Of a DNA stretch of 54,160 bases, positions 35,355-43,003 are shown one piece after another. Made by a program: the position numbers and the translations under genes. The notes under the pieces are model-generated. The model saw only the letters and a list, made by a program, of their open reading frames with translations. It was not told the origin of the DNA and did no database searches. Source of the stretch: a virus (Duplodnaviria > Caudoviricetes); the IMG/VR virus record IMGVR_UViG_3300032323_000448, positions 1 through 54,160 of that record. One strand, 5' to 3'. Numbering within the stretch: position 1 is the first letter of the stretch; each line of letters starts with the position of its first letter.

Positions 35355-35695
35355 ACTGTCATCCTGTGCTCGGTGCGCTTGGAGGCCTCCTGTGACCTCC
35401 AGACCTCGATACGAGCCTCCGCAGCGATCAGCATCCAGCGCAGCTTCTCCTCGGTCTCTACAGCCTCTTTGAGGGCTATCAGGTGCTGCTTGTAGGCCGG
35501 GTTGGAGTACGCCTCCCTCTCTTGGGCGTTGGCGGCCTCATAGCCCCCCACCAGAGCGTCCTTCATGAGCTGGGACTTCAGGCTCTTGCGGTACTCCTCG
35601 AGGTAGATCCGGTTGGCTTTGGCCTGGGCGTACTCGCTGGCCTTGGCGATCATGTAGTCAACCGCGGCTTGCGGATCGATCATCTTGTCACTCAT
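35351..35695 (-). CDS. Conserved helical phage protein
   Basis: YAQAKANR.YLEEYRKS...AQEREAY...IEVWRS.EAS. Confidence 0.7.
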   Translation of the reverse strand: MSDKMIDPQAAVDYMIAKASEYAQAKANRIYLEEYRKSLKSQLMKDALVGGYEAANAQEREAYSNPAYKQHLIALKEAVETEEKLRWMLIAAEARIEVWRSQEASKRTEHRMTV

Positions 35696-36050
35696 ACGAA
35701 ACCTCCAGATCAACCACCAGCATCGGCGGGTCACACTTGTAGACCCGGCGGATGGTGATGGGCTCAAAAATCTTGTCGTTCACCCCCAGAGCCATCGCCA
35801 TGGCATCCAGCCCCGCCTTGCTTGCTGCCAGCAGGTTGTCCGCGTCCCGGTGGCGCCCGTCTGGCATCCGATAGGTCAGGGTCAGAGCGATGGACTTGGG
35901 GTTTTGCAGGCGGTGCTTGACCTGATCAATCGTGAGGATCGAACAGATGTGCTTGTAGTCCATCTTCTTTTTGTAGACAGCGCCCCAGTGCTTTCCAGCA
36001 GCCCGATTGGGGAACAGCTCTGCCGGCGGGAAGTCCAGCTCAATCCTCAT
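35688..36050 (-). CDS. rusA: RusA-like Holliday junction resolvase
   Basis: PDGRHRDADNLLAASKAGLD.MA.ALGVND. Confidence 0.8.
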   Translation of the reverse strand: MRIELDFPPAELFPNRAAGKHWGAVYKKKMDYKHICSILTIDQVKHRLQNPKSIALTLTYRMPDGRHRDADNLLAASKAGLDAMAMALGVNDKIFEPITIRRVYKCDPPMLVVDLEVSYE

Positions 36051-36334
36051 TGGCGCTGGCTCGGGATGCGGTTGAGGATGGCCTCTGCGGCGTTTTTGAG
36101 CGCCGTATGGAACTCACCCTCTTCCTCCTCTGCTGCGAGCGCCATCACGATCTCAGCGCAGGCCTGACGCTCAATCATCACAGCCTGCCGGCTGGTCTCA
36201 ATCGCCACGGCCATGATCTCGGCCTTGGCTTGGGCCATCGCCTCACCAAACTCCTTGTCGGTGTACAGCGTCTGCCCCGCACCGGTACCCAGCAGGAAGC
36301 GCTTTTGAAAATCACTTAGCTCCACTTTTGACAT
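36047..36334 (-). CDS. Hypothetical protein
   Basis: AAGGAG RBS, 95 aa. Confidence 0.65.
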   Translation of the reverse strand: MSKVELSDFQKRFLLGTGAGQTLYTDKEFGEAMAQAKAEIMAVAIETSRQAVMIERQACAEIVMALAAEEEEGEFHTALKNAAEAILNRIPSQRQ

Positions 36335-36530
36335 TTGCTCTCTCCTTGTTCATCCTGTTAATCAAATCTTGCAGAGCATCTTCGCCCCTGATGCGCCTGA
36401 TGTCACTCTTTACTTTTTCCCACCATGACTGCGCGGGCGCGGACCCAACCTCGCCAATCTTCTTCTTGTAGCGGGCTATCCACTCCCGTGCTTCGCAGTT
36501 CCTCATGTGCTCCAAGGTCTCCGGTGACAT
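36312..36530 (-). CDS. Hypothetical protein
   Basis: EHMRNCEAREW...IRRIRG; overlaps the ORF at 36403-36615. Confidence 0.55.
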   Translation of the reverse strand: MSPETLEHMRNCEAREWIARYKKKIGEVGSAPAQSWWEKVKSDIRRIRGEDALQDLINRMNKERANVKSGAK

Positions 36531-36615
36531 GCAGGGCACGGAAGATGGAGGACGGGCCAACATCACGCCCTTCACGGGCCGCGTCGAGGATCGCTTTGGC
36601 TTGCTCATCATTCAT
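36403..36615 (-). CDS. Hypothetical protein
   Basis: MNDEQAKAILD..REG......IFRAL.VTGDL. Confidence 0.5.
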   Translation of the reverse strand: MNDEQAKAILDAAREGRDVGPSSIFRALHVTGDLGAHEELRSTGVDSPLQEEDWRGWVRARAVMVGKSKE

Positions 36616-36913
36616 GCTTGATCCCCAAGGCATCCCGAGCCATCTTGGCAGCAAAGATGCCCACCGGAAGGCCGCTCTTTTGCTTGTCAATGATGCGCTT
36701 GGCCCAGGCCAGGGGGTCGTTGGGGTAGTCCTTTTTGATCTCGTAGCGCGGAGCAGCTTGGCAGTAGGCCTGAAAGCACCCAAAGCACATGGCCCCGTAG
36801 GCGCTCAGATGCTCCCTGGCGGTGCTGGACAAGCAAGCGCTGCACCGCAACACCTCAGAGCCAACTTCCAGCTTCTCAGACTCATAGTTGCGTTTGGCGG
36901 TTTGATAGCTCAT
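36608..36913 (-). CDS. Zn-finger protein downstream of the initiator
   Basis: CSAC...CFGC; DPLAWAKRI; AAGGAG RBS. Confidence 0.6.
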   Translation of the reverse strand: MSYQTAKRNYESEKLEVGSEVLRCSACLSSTAREHLSAYGAMCFGCFQAYCQAAPRYEIKKDYPNDPLAWAKRIIDKQKSGLPVGIFAAKMARDALGIKHE

Positions 36914-36914
36914 C

Positions 36915-37652
36915 TCATTGCTCCTTATGGTAGAAGCCCTCGATCACGCGAGGGAACTTTGACGGGTTGAACAGAAAGTCGATGTCGGCCTTCCAGTCCT
37001 TAGACTTGCCGGTCAGGAACTTGGACTGGCTGACCATGTCGAAGTACCACGCGAAGAACTCCAGGCCCTTCTCGCGATCCAGCTTGTCAGCAGTAACAAC
37101 CTCCCTCCAACGCGCAGAAATGGCCCTACGGCGGCTTTCGTTGACCACCGAGACCCTAGGTAGCATCGGCAGCTTCTCGTTGTACAGAGCCACGATTTCC
37201 TCGGTCGGAGCAGCAGGGGTCAACGTCTCGCGTTGACGAGTACCGTTAGGTACTTCTATCTTGGGTTCTGTGTCTTGGGTTATGGGTAATGGGTCTTGGG
37301 TAATGGGAGCATTGCCTTCGGATTGCGCTCGCAATGCGTTCGCATCCCATCTTGCCTTAGCTGAGGCTCTGGCCTTCTCTTTTTTAGCACCAACGGATTC
37401 AATTTCCTGCTGAACCCGCTGAGAGACCCATCCGTCATCGGTGCGGACGAAGAACTCTTGCAGGACGGACGCAATGCAGTCGCTGTGCGAGCGCATGCGG
37501 ATGAGGCGGGAGATCTGCTCAACGTCCAGCGGAATCGGGGACTCGTGCAGGTAGGCCCAGTCAAGCAAACGCCTGTAGGCAAGGTCTTCCATCTCGGTGA
37601 GATGGGCCGTGTGCGACTGGTAGTCGCCAATGTTGAATTGGTAGTAGTGCAT
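36915..37652 (-). CDS. Replication initiator, YdaU/DUF1376 family
   Basis: MHYYQFNIGDY.SHTAHL..MEDLAYRRLLD..Y..E.P; C-terminal WKADIDFL....F..VIEG.Y; internal repeats. Confidence 0.85.
   Translation of the reverse strand: MHYYQFNIGDYQSHTAHLTEMEDLAYRRLLDWAYLHESPIPLDVEQISRLIRMRSHSDCIASVLQEFFVRTDDGWVSQRVQQEIESVGAKKEKARASAKARWDANALRAQSEGNAPITQDPLPITQDTEPKIEVPNGTRQRETLTPAAPTEEIVALYNEKLPMLPRVSVVNESRRRAISARWREVVTADKLDREKGLEFFAWYFDMVSQSKFLTGKSKDWKADIDFLFNPSKFPRVIEGFYHKEQ
37262..37503. repeat. Probable replication origin: 11-bp iterons in two inverted arrays plus 7-bp ACCCA repeats
   Basis: Minus 37303-37346 gatgcgaacgc/attgcgagcgc/aatccgaaggc/aatgctcccat; plus 37462-37503 degenerate copies; ACCCAnn tandem at 37262-37305. 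Confidence 0.6.
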
Positions 37653-37684
37653 AGCACCTCTCCGTCTGGCCTCCCTCTGGCAAA

Positions 37685-37755
37685 TGAAACTGACGGCAGG
37701 CGGGGAGGCTCGCTTTTCGGTGCGCTCATGACTTCGCACCTAGCCGGGTTTCAAA
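37685..37755 (-). ncRNA. Three-way-junction leader RNA upstream of the initiator (C4-like)
   Basis: TGAAAC/GTTTCA and CGGC/GCCG outer stem; GGTGCG/CGCACC and GCG/CGC hairpins. Confidence 0.5.
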
Positions 37756-37761
37756 CTTACT

Positions 37762-37983
37762 CTACGCCACAGCTTTTGCAGCGTCAACAAAAATGTCTGG
37801 GCGCAGCTCTGCGCGGGTCACAAGGCCTTGGGTGGCCTGCTCAATCTTGACTGCCATCTGGGGGCTAGGCCGCCGCTGGGCGTGGATCAGAAGGCTCATG
37901 TAGGTGGCGGTGATGCCAAGGTACTGCGCCATCTCAATCTTGGAGCCCCGCGGCTCCGTGGAGAAGTACTCTTCAAGCGTCAT
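37762..37983 (-). CDS. Cro/YdaS-like HTH regulator
   Basis: MAQYLGIT..YMS......RRPSP.MAVKIE.AT.G.VTR.ELRPDIF. Confidence 0.8.
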   Translation of the reverse strand: MTLEEYFSTEPRGSKIEMAQYLGITATYMSLLIHAQRRPSPQMAVKIEQATQGLVTRAELRPDIFVDAAKAVA

Positions 37984-38146
37984 CTTTTTTCCGTGCGTGT
38001 TCGATTGCCACCAGGGCGTCAGCAATGTGCTCAAGAGCCTCTTTCGCCTCTCTGATCGCCTTCTCATAGCGACGATCAAGCATCGCGTCATGCAGGTTCT
38101 TCAAGGCCCTTTCGGCCAGCATCGTGGGGCGAGCGTAATCAATCAT
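37973..38146 (-). CDS. Hypothetical protein
   Basis: MIDYARP.MLAERALK.LHDAML. Confidence 0.6.
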   Translation of the reverse strand: MIDYARPTMLAERALKNLHDAMLDRRYEKAIREAKEALEHIADALVAIEHARKKDDA

Positions 38147-38257
38147 GGCTCGACTATAACATGACGTTAAAACGCAACACAAGAGAAATCTTGTACACGC
38201 AGTTAAATTTGTGGTGTAATTGCTTTGCGTCGATAGCACGCTCATGAAAGGAACGAT
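38147..38257. promoter_or_regulatory. Divergent promoter region
   Basis: AT-rich strand switch; TTGTAC...TGTAAT rightward, TATAGT leftward, TAAC-N5-GTTA at 38157-38169. Confidence 0.6.
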
Positions 38258-38476
38258 ATGAAGTATGAAGAGCTTCCCCTGACGACTCGCTCGGGGGTAC
38301 GGATTGGCGGGGCCTACACACCGCCCCCCACGGACTACAACAGCCGCGAGGATGTCTACTGGCAGGGCGTCCTGCTCAACATTGAGCCCACGTTCAGCGA
38401 ACGCCGCATCATCGGCTGGATCGCCTACATCCTCTGCCTGATCGCCATCTTCACCCTGCTGGGGGTGTTCGCATGA
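38258..38476 (+). CDS. Hypothetical membrane protein
   Basis: TTRSGVRIG..Y; C-terminal TM helix; AAAGGA RBS. Confidence 0.65.
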   Translation: MKYEELPLTTRSGVRIGGAYTPPPTDYNSREDVYWQGVLLNIEPTFSERRIIGWIAYILCLIAIFTLLGVFA

Positions 38477-38565
38477 ACCACACCCCATCGGAGCGCTTTG
38501 AGCGCGTTGTCTTCCTTGTCGCTGTCATCGTTGTCCTGCTGGACGTTCTGATCTGGAGGCCGTGA
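38473..38565 (+). CDS. 30-aa membrane peptide
   Basis: MNHTPSERFERVVFLVAVIVVLLDVLIWRP, coupled. Confidence 0.55.
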   Translation: MNHTPSERFERVVFLVAVIVVLLDVLIWRP

Positions 38566-38777
38566 TGGAACAACTCTACAAAGACGCATTTTTTGATGAA
38601 CAGAAGAATGGGCGGCTGGTGTTCGTCATGACGCTTAACGACTCCGAGCAACTGCGCTTTTTTGTCGGCATCGGGCAGGGCCTTAACGATGCCATCGACG
38701 TAAACAACACAATCGCCCACGGCATGACCCTGCCAGCGGAAGCGGGAATTGCCATCTTCTTTGGGAGCTCTCAATGA
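38565..38777 (+). CDS. Hypothetical protein
   Basis: GGAGG RBS, coupled. Confidence 0.55.
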   Translation: MEQLYKDAFFDEQKNGRLVFVMTLNDSEQLRFFVGIGQGLNDAIDVNNTIAHGMTLPAEAGIAIFFGSSQ

Positions 38778-38944
38778 CCTTCCAACAAGAGTACGAGGAG
38801 TGGTTGAACGACCCTCAAGCCCAAGCCGAATATCAGCAATGGAGACAAGACCAGATACGAAACCAACTTCCAGACCCCTTCACCACAGATCCTTCCATCT
38901 TTCTTAAACAACTTAGTGAGTTAAAAAATGAGTCTCTTCGCTGA
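38774..38944 (+). CDS. Hypothetical protein (56 aa)
   Basis: MTFQQEYEEWLNDPQAQAEYQQW, ATGA-coupled. Confidence 0.5.
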   Translation: MTFQQEYEEWLNDPQAQAEYQQWRQDQIRNQLPDPFTTDPSIFLKQLSELKNESLR

Positions 38945-39572
38945 AAGCACCGGTGGTTCCTTCAAGCCCGTTCCGGCGGGTATGCACCTTGCCCGTTGCT
39001 ACCGCATCATCGACCTCGGCACCCAGAAGTCCGAGTACGAGGGCAAGGTCAACTTCCTTCGCAAGATCAAAGTCGTCTGGGAGGTGCATGGCACCGACGA
39101 TGACGGCACCCCCATCGTCACCGACAAGGGCGAGCCCTTCATCATCACCAAGGACTACACCCTGTCTTGGGGCGAGAAGGCCAACCTTCGCAAAGACCTC
39201 GAGGCATGGCGCGGCAAGCCCTTCTCCCAAGACGAGCAGCGCCGGTTTGACCTCAAGAACGTGCTGGACAAGTTCTGCATGATCAACGTGCAGCACAAGC
39301 CCCGTCGCACCGGTGACGGCGTGTATGCCAACGTGGTCAGCGTTACTCCCGTCCCTGCGGCTCTCAAAGCCTCCATGCCCAAGGGTTTCAACCCCGCCCA
39401 GATGTTCACCCTCGGTGAGCCAGACATGGAGATGTTTGAGACCTTTGGCGATTACCTCAAAGAGCAGATCAAGCAAAGCCCCGAGTGGAAGGCTCTGTTC
39501 GCCGCATCCCCTGAGACCAAAACCTCTAAAGGAGCCGATGATGACTTTGGCGATGACGAGATCCCCTTCTGA
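38928..39572 (+). CDS. Single-stranded DNA-binding-like protein
   Basis: FKPVPAGMHLARC..IIDLGTQ OB-like fold; acidic tail DDDFGDDEIPF. Confidence 0.7.
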   Translation: MSLFAESTGGSFKPVPAGMHLARCYRIIDLGTQKSEYEGKVNFLRKIKVVWEVHGTDDDGTPIVTDKGEPFIITKDYTLSWGEKANLRKDLEAWRGKPFSQDEQRRFDLKNVLDKFCMINVQHKPRRTGDGVYANVVSVTPVPAALKASMPKGFNPAQMFTLGEPDMEMFETFGDYLKEQIKQSPEWKALFAASPETKTSKGADDDFGDDEIPF

Positions 39573-39579
39573 AGCCAAC

Positions 39580-39888
39580 ATGACCCTGCACCTGTTTGAC
39601 TTCAATCCGACAGGTGAGCAGCTTCGGGATGCCGGGGTTGCCAAGGTCTACAAGCACCACTCTGGCTGGGTCGATAAGGCCCGGTCCACCGCCAAGGCTA
39701 TTGCGGCTTGGAGGGGGTCGGTGTCCATCGACGAGGTGCTGGAGGCTTGCCCCCGGCCCGAGTCGGTCCACCCCAACGCCACCGGCAGCATCTTTCGGGA
39801 GAAGTGCTGGAAGCGCGTCGGCTATACCCAGTCCAAGTCCCCTGCGGCGCACGCTCGCGTGGTGGGCATCTACGAGCTAATCAAATGA
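39580..39888 (+). CDS. Hypothetical protein
   Basis: GEQLRDAG...HPNATGSIF...AHAR. Confidence 0.65.
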   Translation: MTLHLFDFNPTGEQLRDAGVAKVYKHHSGWVDKARSTAKAIAAWRGSVSIDEVLEACPRPESVHPNATGSIFREKCWKRVGYTQSKSPAAHARVVGIYELIK

Positions 39889-40637
39889 GCATCATCGTTC
39901 GCGCATCGGAATCCCTGCACTGGTACCGCAGGGATGGCACCCCCCAGTACTCGGTGGAGGCAGCCAAGGGAGGCATGAGGGCTACAACCCTCAGAGACGC
40001 ACGCAAGATGAATCTGGTGCCCTCGGTCACCACCATCCTTAAGTGCGCCGCCAGCCCCGGTCTGGAGGCCTGGAAGCTCAATCAGATGCTTCTGGCAGCT
40101 CTCACCCTTCCTAGGGTGGATGGCGAGTCTGAGGAGTCGTTTGTCACCCGTGTGGTGGCCGACTCCAAAGAACACGCCAAGATGGCTGCGGAGCGGGGGA
40201 CTCGAGTCCACGCCGCGGTTGAGAAGCACTATGAGGGGGTGGTCGATGAGGCCATGTCCGAGTACCAGATCGGCGTGAGCAAGTCGATCCAAGAGGCCTT
40301 TGGTGACCTAGCGTTCCTGCCAGAGAAGGCCTTTGCCCACGAGCTGGGGTTCGGCGGGAAGGTGGATCTGCACGCCCCTGGGGTGGTGCTGGACATCAAG
40401 TCCAAGGAGTTCACCAGCGAGGACAAGGTCGAGGCCTATGACGAGCACATGATGCAGCTTGCCGCCTACCGGGTAGGTCTGGGAATGCCCGAGGCCCGCT
40501 GCGCCAACGTGTTTGCCTCAGTCCTTGAGCCCGGTCTTTGCAAGATCGTGGAGTGGTCGCAAGAGGATCTGTCTCGCGGCTGGACCATGTTTGAGGCTTT
40601 GCTCAACTATTGGCAAGCCAAGAATCAACACAAGTGA
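39885..40637 (+). CDS. PD-(D/E)XK exonuclease
   Basis: PSVTTI, RGT.VH, E.....GG.VDL....LDIKS, QLAAY. Confidence 0.8.
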   Translation: MSIIVRASESLHWYRRDGTPQYSVEAAKGGMRATTLRDARKMNLVPSVTTILKCAASPGLEAWKLNQMLLAALTLPRVDGESEESFVTRVVADSKEHAKMAAERGTRVHAAVEKHYEGVVDEAMSEYQIGVSKSIQEAFGDLAFLPEKAFAHELGFGGKVDLHAPGVVLDIKSKEFTSEDKVEAYDEHMMQLAAYRVGLGMPEARCANVFASVLEPGLCKIVEWSQEDLSRGWTMFEALLNYWQAKNQHK

Positions 40638-40644
40638 GGACAAA

Positions 40645-40812
40645 TTGGACAACTTACTCGGTATCGGTATTGTTGCGTGGGTCGGCCTCGCTTGGCTGAC
40701 TCATGTGATCGTTTGCATCTCAGCGGGCAAGTGGCTTTTCTTGCTGGCGGGTGCAATTTTCTTCCCCATCGGCTGTGTACACGGCACTGGGGTGTGGTTT
40801 GGCGCTTTCTAA
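40645..40812 (+). CDS. Small membrane protein
   Basis: TTG start after GAGG; AWLTHVIVC...GAIFFPIG.VHG.G.WFG. Confidence 0.6.
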   Translation: MDNLLGIGIVAWVGLAWLTHVIVCISAGKWLFLLAGAIFFPIGCVHGTGVWFGAF

Positions 40813-40815
40813 ATC

Positions 40816-40881
40816 GGGGGAAAGCGGATGCTGGGCGGTTCTGTGAAAAAACATTGGATACCCGGACGCAGCGAGTACCCC
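40816..40881 (+). ncRNA. Structured leader RNA with loop-E-like motif
   Basis: GGGG-GAA...AGTA-CCCC closing; CTGGG/CCCGG inner stem. Confidence 0.5.
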
Positions 40882-40901
40882 ACCTTAAAACTGGAGAAAA
40901 C

Positions 40902-41300
40902 ATGATCAAAGAAGAACAGATCAAAGCAAAAATCAAAGACGCCGTGTACGTTGTGATGCCCGATGGTCGAACCACCATCTGCCAGATCCAGCTTGCCAAC
41001 GGCTTTTCTGTCATCGGAACCTCGTCGTGCATCAACAAGAATGACTTCAACCTGACCCTTGGGCGCGAGATCGCGTACAAGAATGCGTTTGAGAAGATCT
41101 GGGAACTAGAGGGCTATCTGGCGATGAACAAGCTCGTCGCTCTGCCTGTCGTCGATCCGATGAAGAAACCCCGCAAGCACAAGTACGGCATCAAGGCTGA
41201 CGGCACCCCTCGCAAGAAGCCCGGTCGCAAGCCGGCCAAAAAGGTTGCACCGCTTCCCCAAATTGAAGTTCCTGTGCTGACCGAGGTGGCGACGGCATGA
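40902..41300 (+). CDS. N4 gp49/Sf6 gp66-family protein with basic C-terminal tail
   Basis: TTIC.I.LANGFSV.G.SSC....FN...G.EIA..NA..KIWELEGY; GGAG RBS. Confidence 0.8.
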   Translation: MIKEEQIKAKIKDAVYVVMPDGRTTICQIQLANGFSVIGTSSCINKNDFNLTLGREIAYKNAFEKIWELEGYLAMNKLVALPVVDPMKKPRKHKYGIKADGTPRKKPGRKPAKKVAPLPQIEVPVLTEVATA

Positions 41301-41524
41301 ACCCCTATCTGGACATCAACGAGATCAAGGAAGTCTTCTTTAAGTGCCACTTGAAGGAGAACCACAACTTCCTCGAGGAAGACCTCCAGACGCTGGCAGA
41401 CGCGCTCATCATGGCCGCCATGCCAGAGATCGTCCGCACGGAGCGCAAGGCCTGTATCAGCTTTGTGCGAACCCTCAATACCCTGGTGGCTGAGAAGCTC
41501 CAAGAGTACAGAGGGCCGCTGTGA
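41297..41524 (+). CDS. Hypothetical protein
   Basis: Coupled 75-aa ORF. Confidence 0.6.
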   Translation: MNPYLDINEIKEVFFKCHLKENHNFLEEDLQTLADALIMAAMPEIVRTERKACISFVRTLNTLVAEKLQEYRGPL

Positions 41525-41742
41525 CACCAGCAGAGTTCATCACCGCACTTTTTGGAGACGGGTGGACTGAAGCCCAGCTACCCGTGTTTGCGATCATGAT
41601 CTCGTCCATGCAGGAGGACGCCAAGCGGTACCACGAAATCAGGGATGTCCTGTGCAAGGGTACCGACTGGGTGGCCGCCCGCGCCGACCTCATGATGGCC
41701 GATGAACAGATCGACAACGCTCGGCGTGCTGGGCTGCTATAA
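41521..41742 (+). CDS. Hypothetical protein
   Basis: Coupled 73-aa ORF, EDAKRY. Confidence 0.6.
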   Translation: MTPAEFITALFGDGWTEAQLPVFAIMISSMQEDAKRYHEIRDVLCKGTDWVAARADLMMADEQIDNARRAGLL

Positions 41743-41770
41743 AAAACCCCGGCGCTAAGGCCGGGGCAAA
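41741..41770. terminator. Terminator between convergent operons
   Basis: CCCCGGC-GCTAAG-GCCGGGG hairpin with a T6 run on the minus strand. Confidence 0.7.
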
Positions 41771-41809
41771 GACTCTTGAGATCTGGCAACTGCAAGAGTG
41801 ACCGTTAGG

Positions 41810-43003
41810 TCAGGGTCTAGCATAGCGGAAGGCAGGGCTTTGAGCCTCTTGCATCTCAGCCGCAGTTGCAGGGGCCACCGGTGGCTCGGCGCGGATCTTT
41901 CTGGCCCGATCCAGCACAGCCAGGGCCAGGGGAGATACACCCGCCATACCGCCACCTAGAGCGAGAATGGCCGGGTTACGCGACATCATCATGGCGCTTC
42001 CTAGGGCTCCGGTGCCGCTCAGAACTTGACCGGGCAAATCTTTTTGTTCAAGTCGAGTCGCGAACTCCTGTGCGTTACCAGCAACACCAGCACCAGCCAG
42101 ACCATATCGACCTATAGGGCTTTGGGCGATAGCGCCTACAGTTCCAGCAGCGCGAGCCAAGGGGCTAGGGGGGGTAGGGGCGGGGGGCTGGCCGTGGATG
42201 GACAACGCGCCAGGGCCGTAGAAGCCTTTCTTGGCAAGCGGGCCGGTGACCTTGCCCGAGGGCATGACGTTGCGGTAGGACTGCGCGGCCTCGGCAACCG
42301 TGTCAGCACCCTCGCGCATTACACCGGTGACCTTGGAGGCCCACTTCTGTCCAGGGCTCATAGGGCCGCCAGGAGTGCGCCCAGGAGCTCTAGCAGGGGG
42401 TTCGTCAGCGCCCAAGACAGCTCCAGCAACCATCCGACCGGCACCTAGGGAAGAGCCTACTGCACCACCTAGCAAAGCAGCGGTTGCGGTGCGGTTGTCT
42501 GATTCAGGCTCTACAGGCGCCTCAACAGCATCCGGCGGCGGGGCTTCCTCTTCAGGGGGAGGCTCAGAGAAGCCGCCATACGCTCTGATACGATTGACGT
42601 AATCGACGGACTGCGCGGGGGGGTCTCCTTTACCCGAAAAAAACGGGTGATCAGGCCCAGCGTTGTATCCCACAGCACCCAACACCGGGTCGCCAAACTT
42701 GTCGATTGACTGGCGCAGATACTTCATGCCAGCATCAATGTTGGCGTCCGGGTCGTCCATGAGCTGCTTGACCTCAAAGCCCAACAGCTTTCCGGTAGCA
42801 GGCTTGACCTGCATGATGCCGACCTCACCCGAAGAGCCGCGAACAACTTTTTCGCCGCTCTTATGGCGAAGCTGACTCTCGGTGTAGGCCAAGGCTGCGG
42901 CTAGGCGAGGATTGACACCATACCGGTTGGCAGAGTCAATCACCCGGCTAAGGTTAGCCCGCTGCTCTTCATCCAGCGTGTCGATGAATTTAAGATCGTC
43001 CAT
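41810..43003 (-). CDS. Virion lytic transglycosylase (SLT domain) ejection protein
   Basis: ALAYTES, GIMQVKPAT, NIDAGMKYL, YNAGP. Confidence 0.85.
   Translation of the reverse strand: MDDLKFIDTLDEEQRANLSRVIDSANRYGVNPRLAAALAYTESQLRHKSGEKVVRGSSGEVGIMQVKPATGKLLGFEVKQLMDDPDANIDAGMKYLRQSIDKFGDPVLGAVGYNAGPDHPFFSGKGDPPAQSVDYVNRIRAYGGFSEPPPEEEAPPPDAVEAPVEPESDNRTATAALLGGAVGSSLGAGRMVAGAVLGADEPPARAPGRTPGGPMSPGQKWASKVTGVMREGADTVAEAAQSYRNVMPSGKVTGPLAKKGFYGPGALSIHGQPPAPTPPSPLARAAGTVGAIAQSPIGRYGLAGAGVAGNAQEFATRLEQKDLPGQVLSGTGALGSAMMMSRNPAILALGGGMAGVSPLALAVLDRARKIRAEPPVAPATAAEMQEAQSPAFRYARP

Noticed and set aside
40677-40901. N-terminal extension of the gp49/66 ORF; also long upstream starts listed for 39313, 39708 and 37739
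   Set aside because: They overlap other genes or RNA elements; downstream ATGs have an RBS or translational coupling and family-typical N-termini
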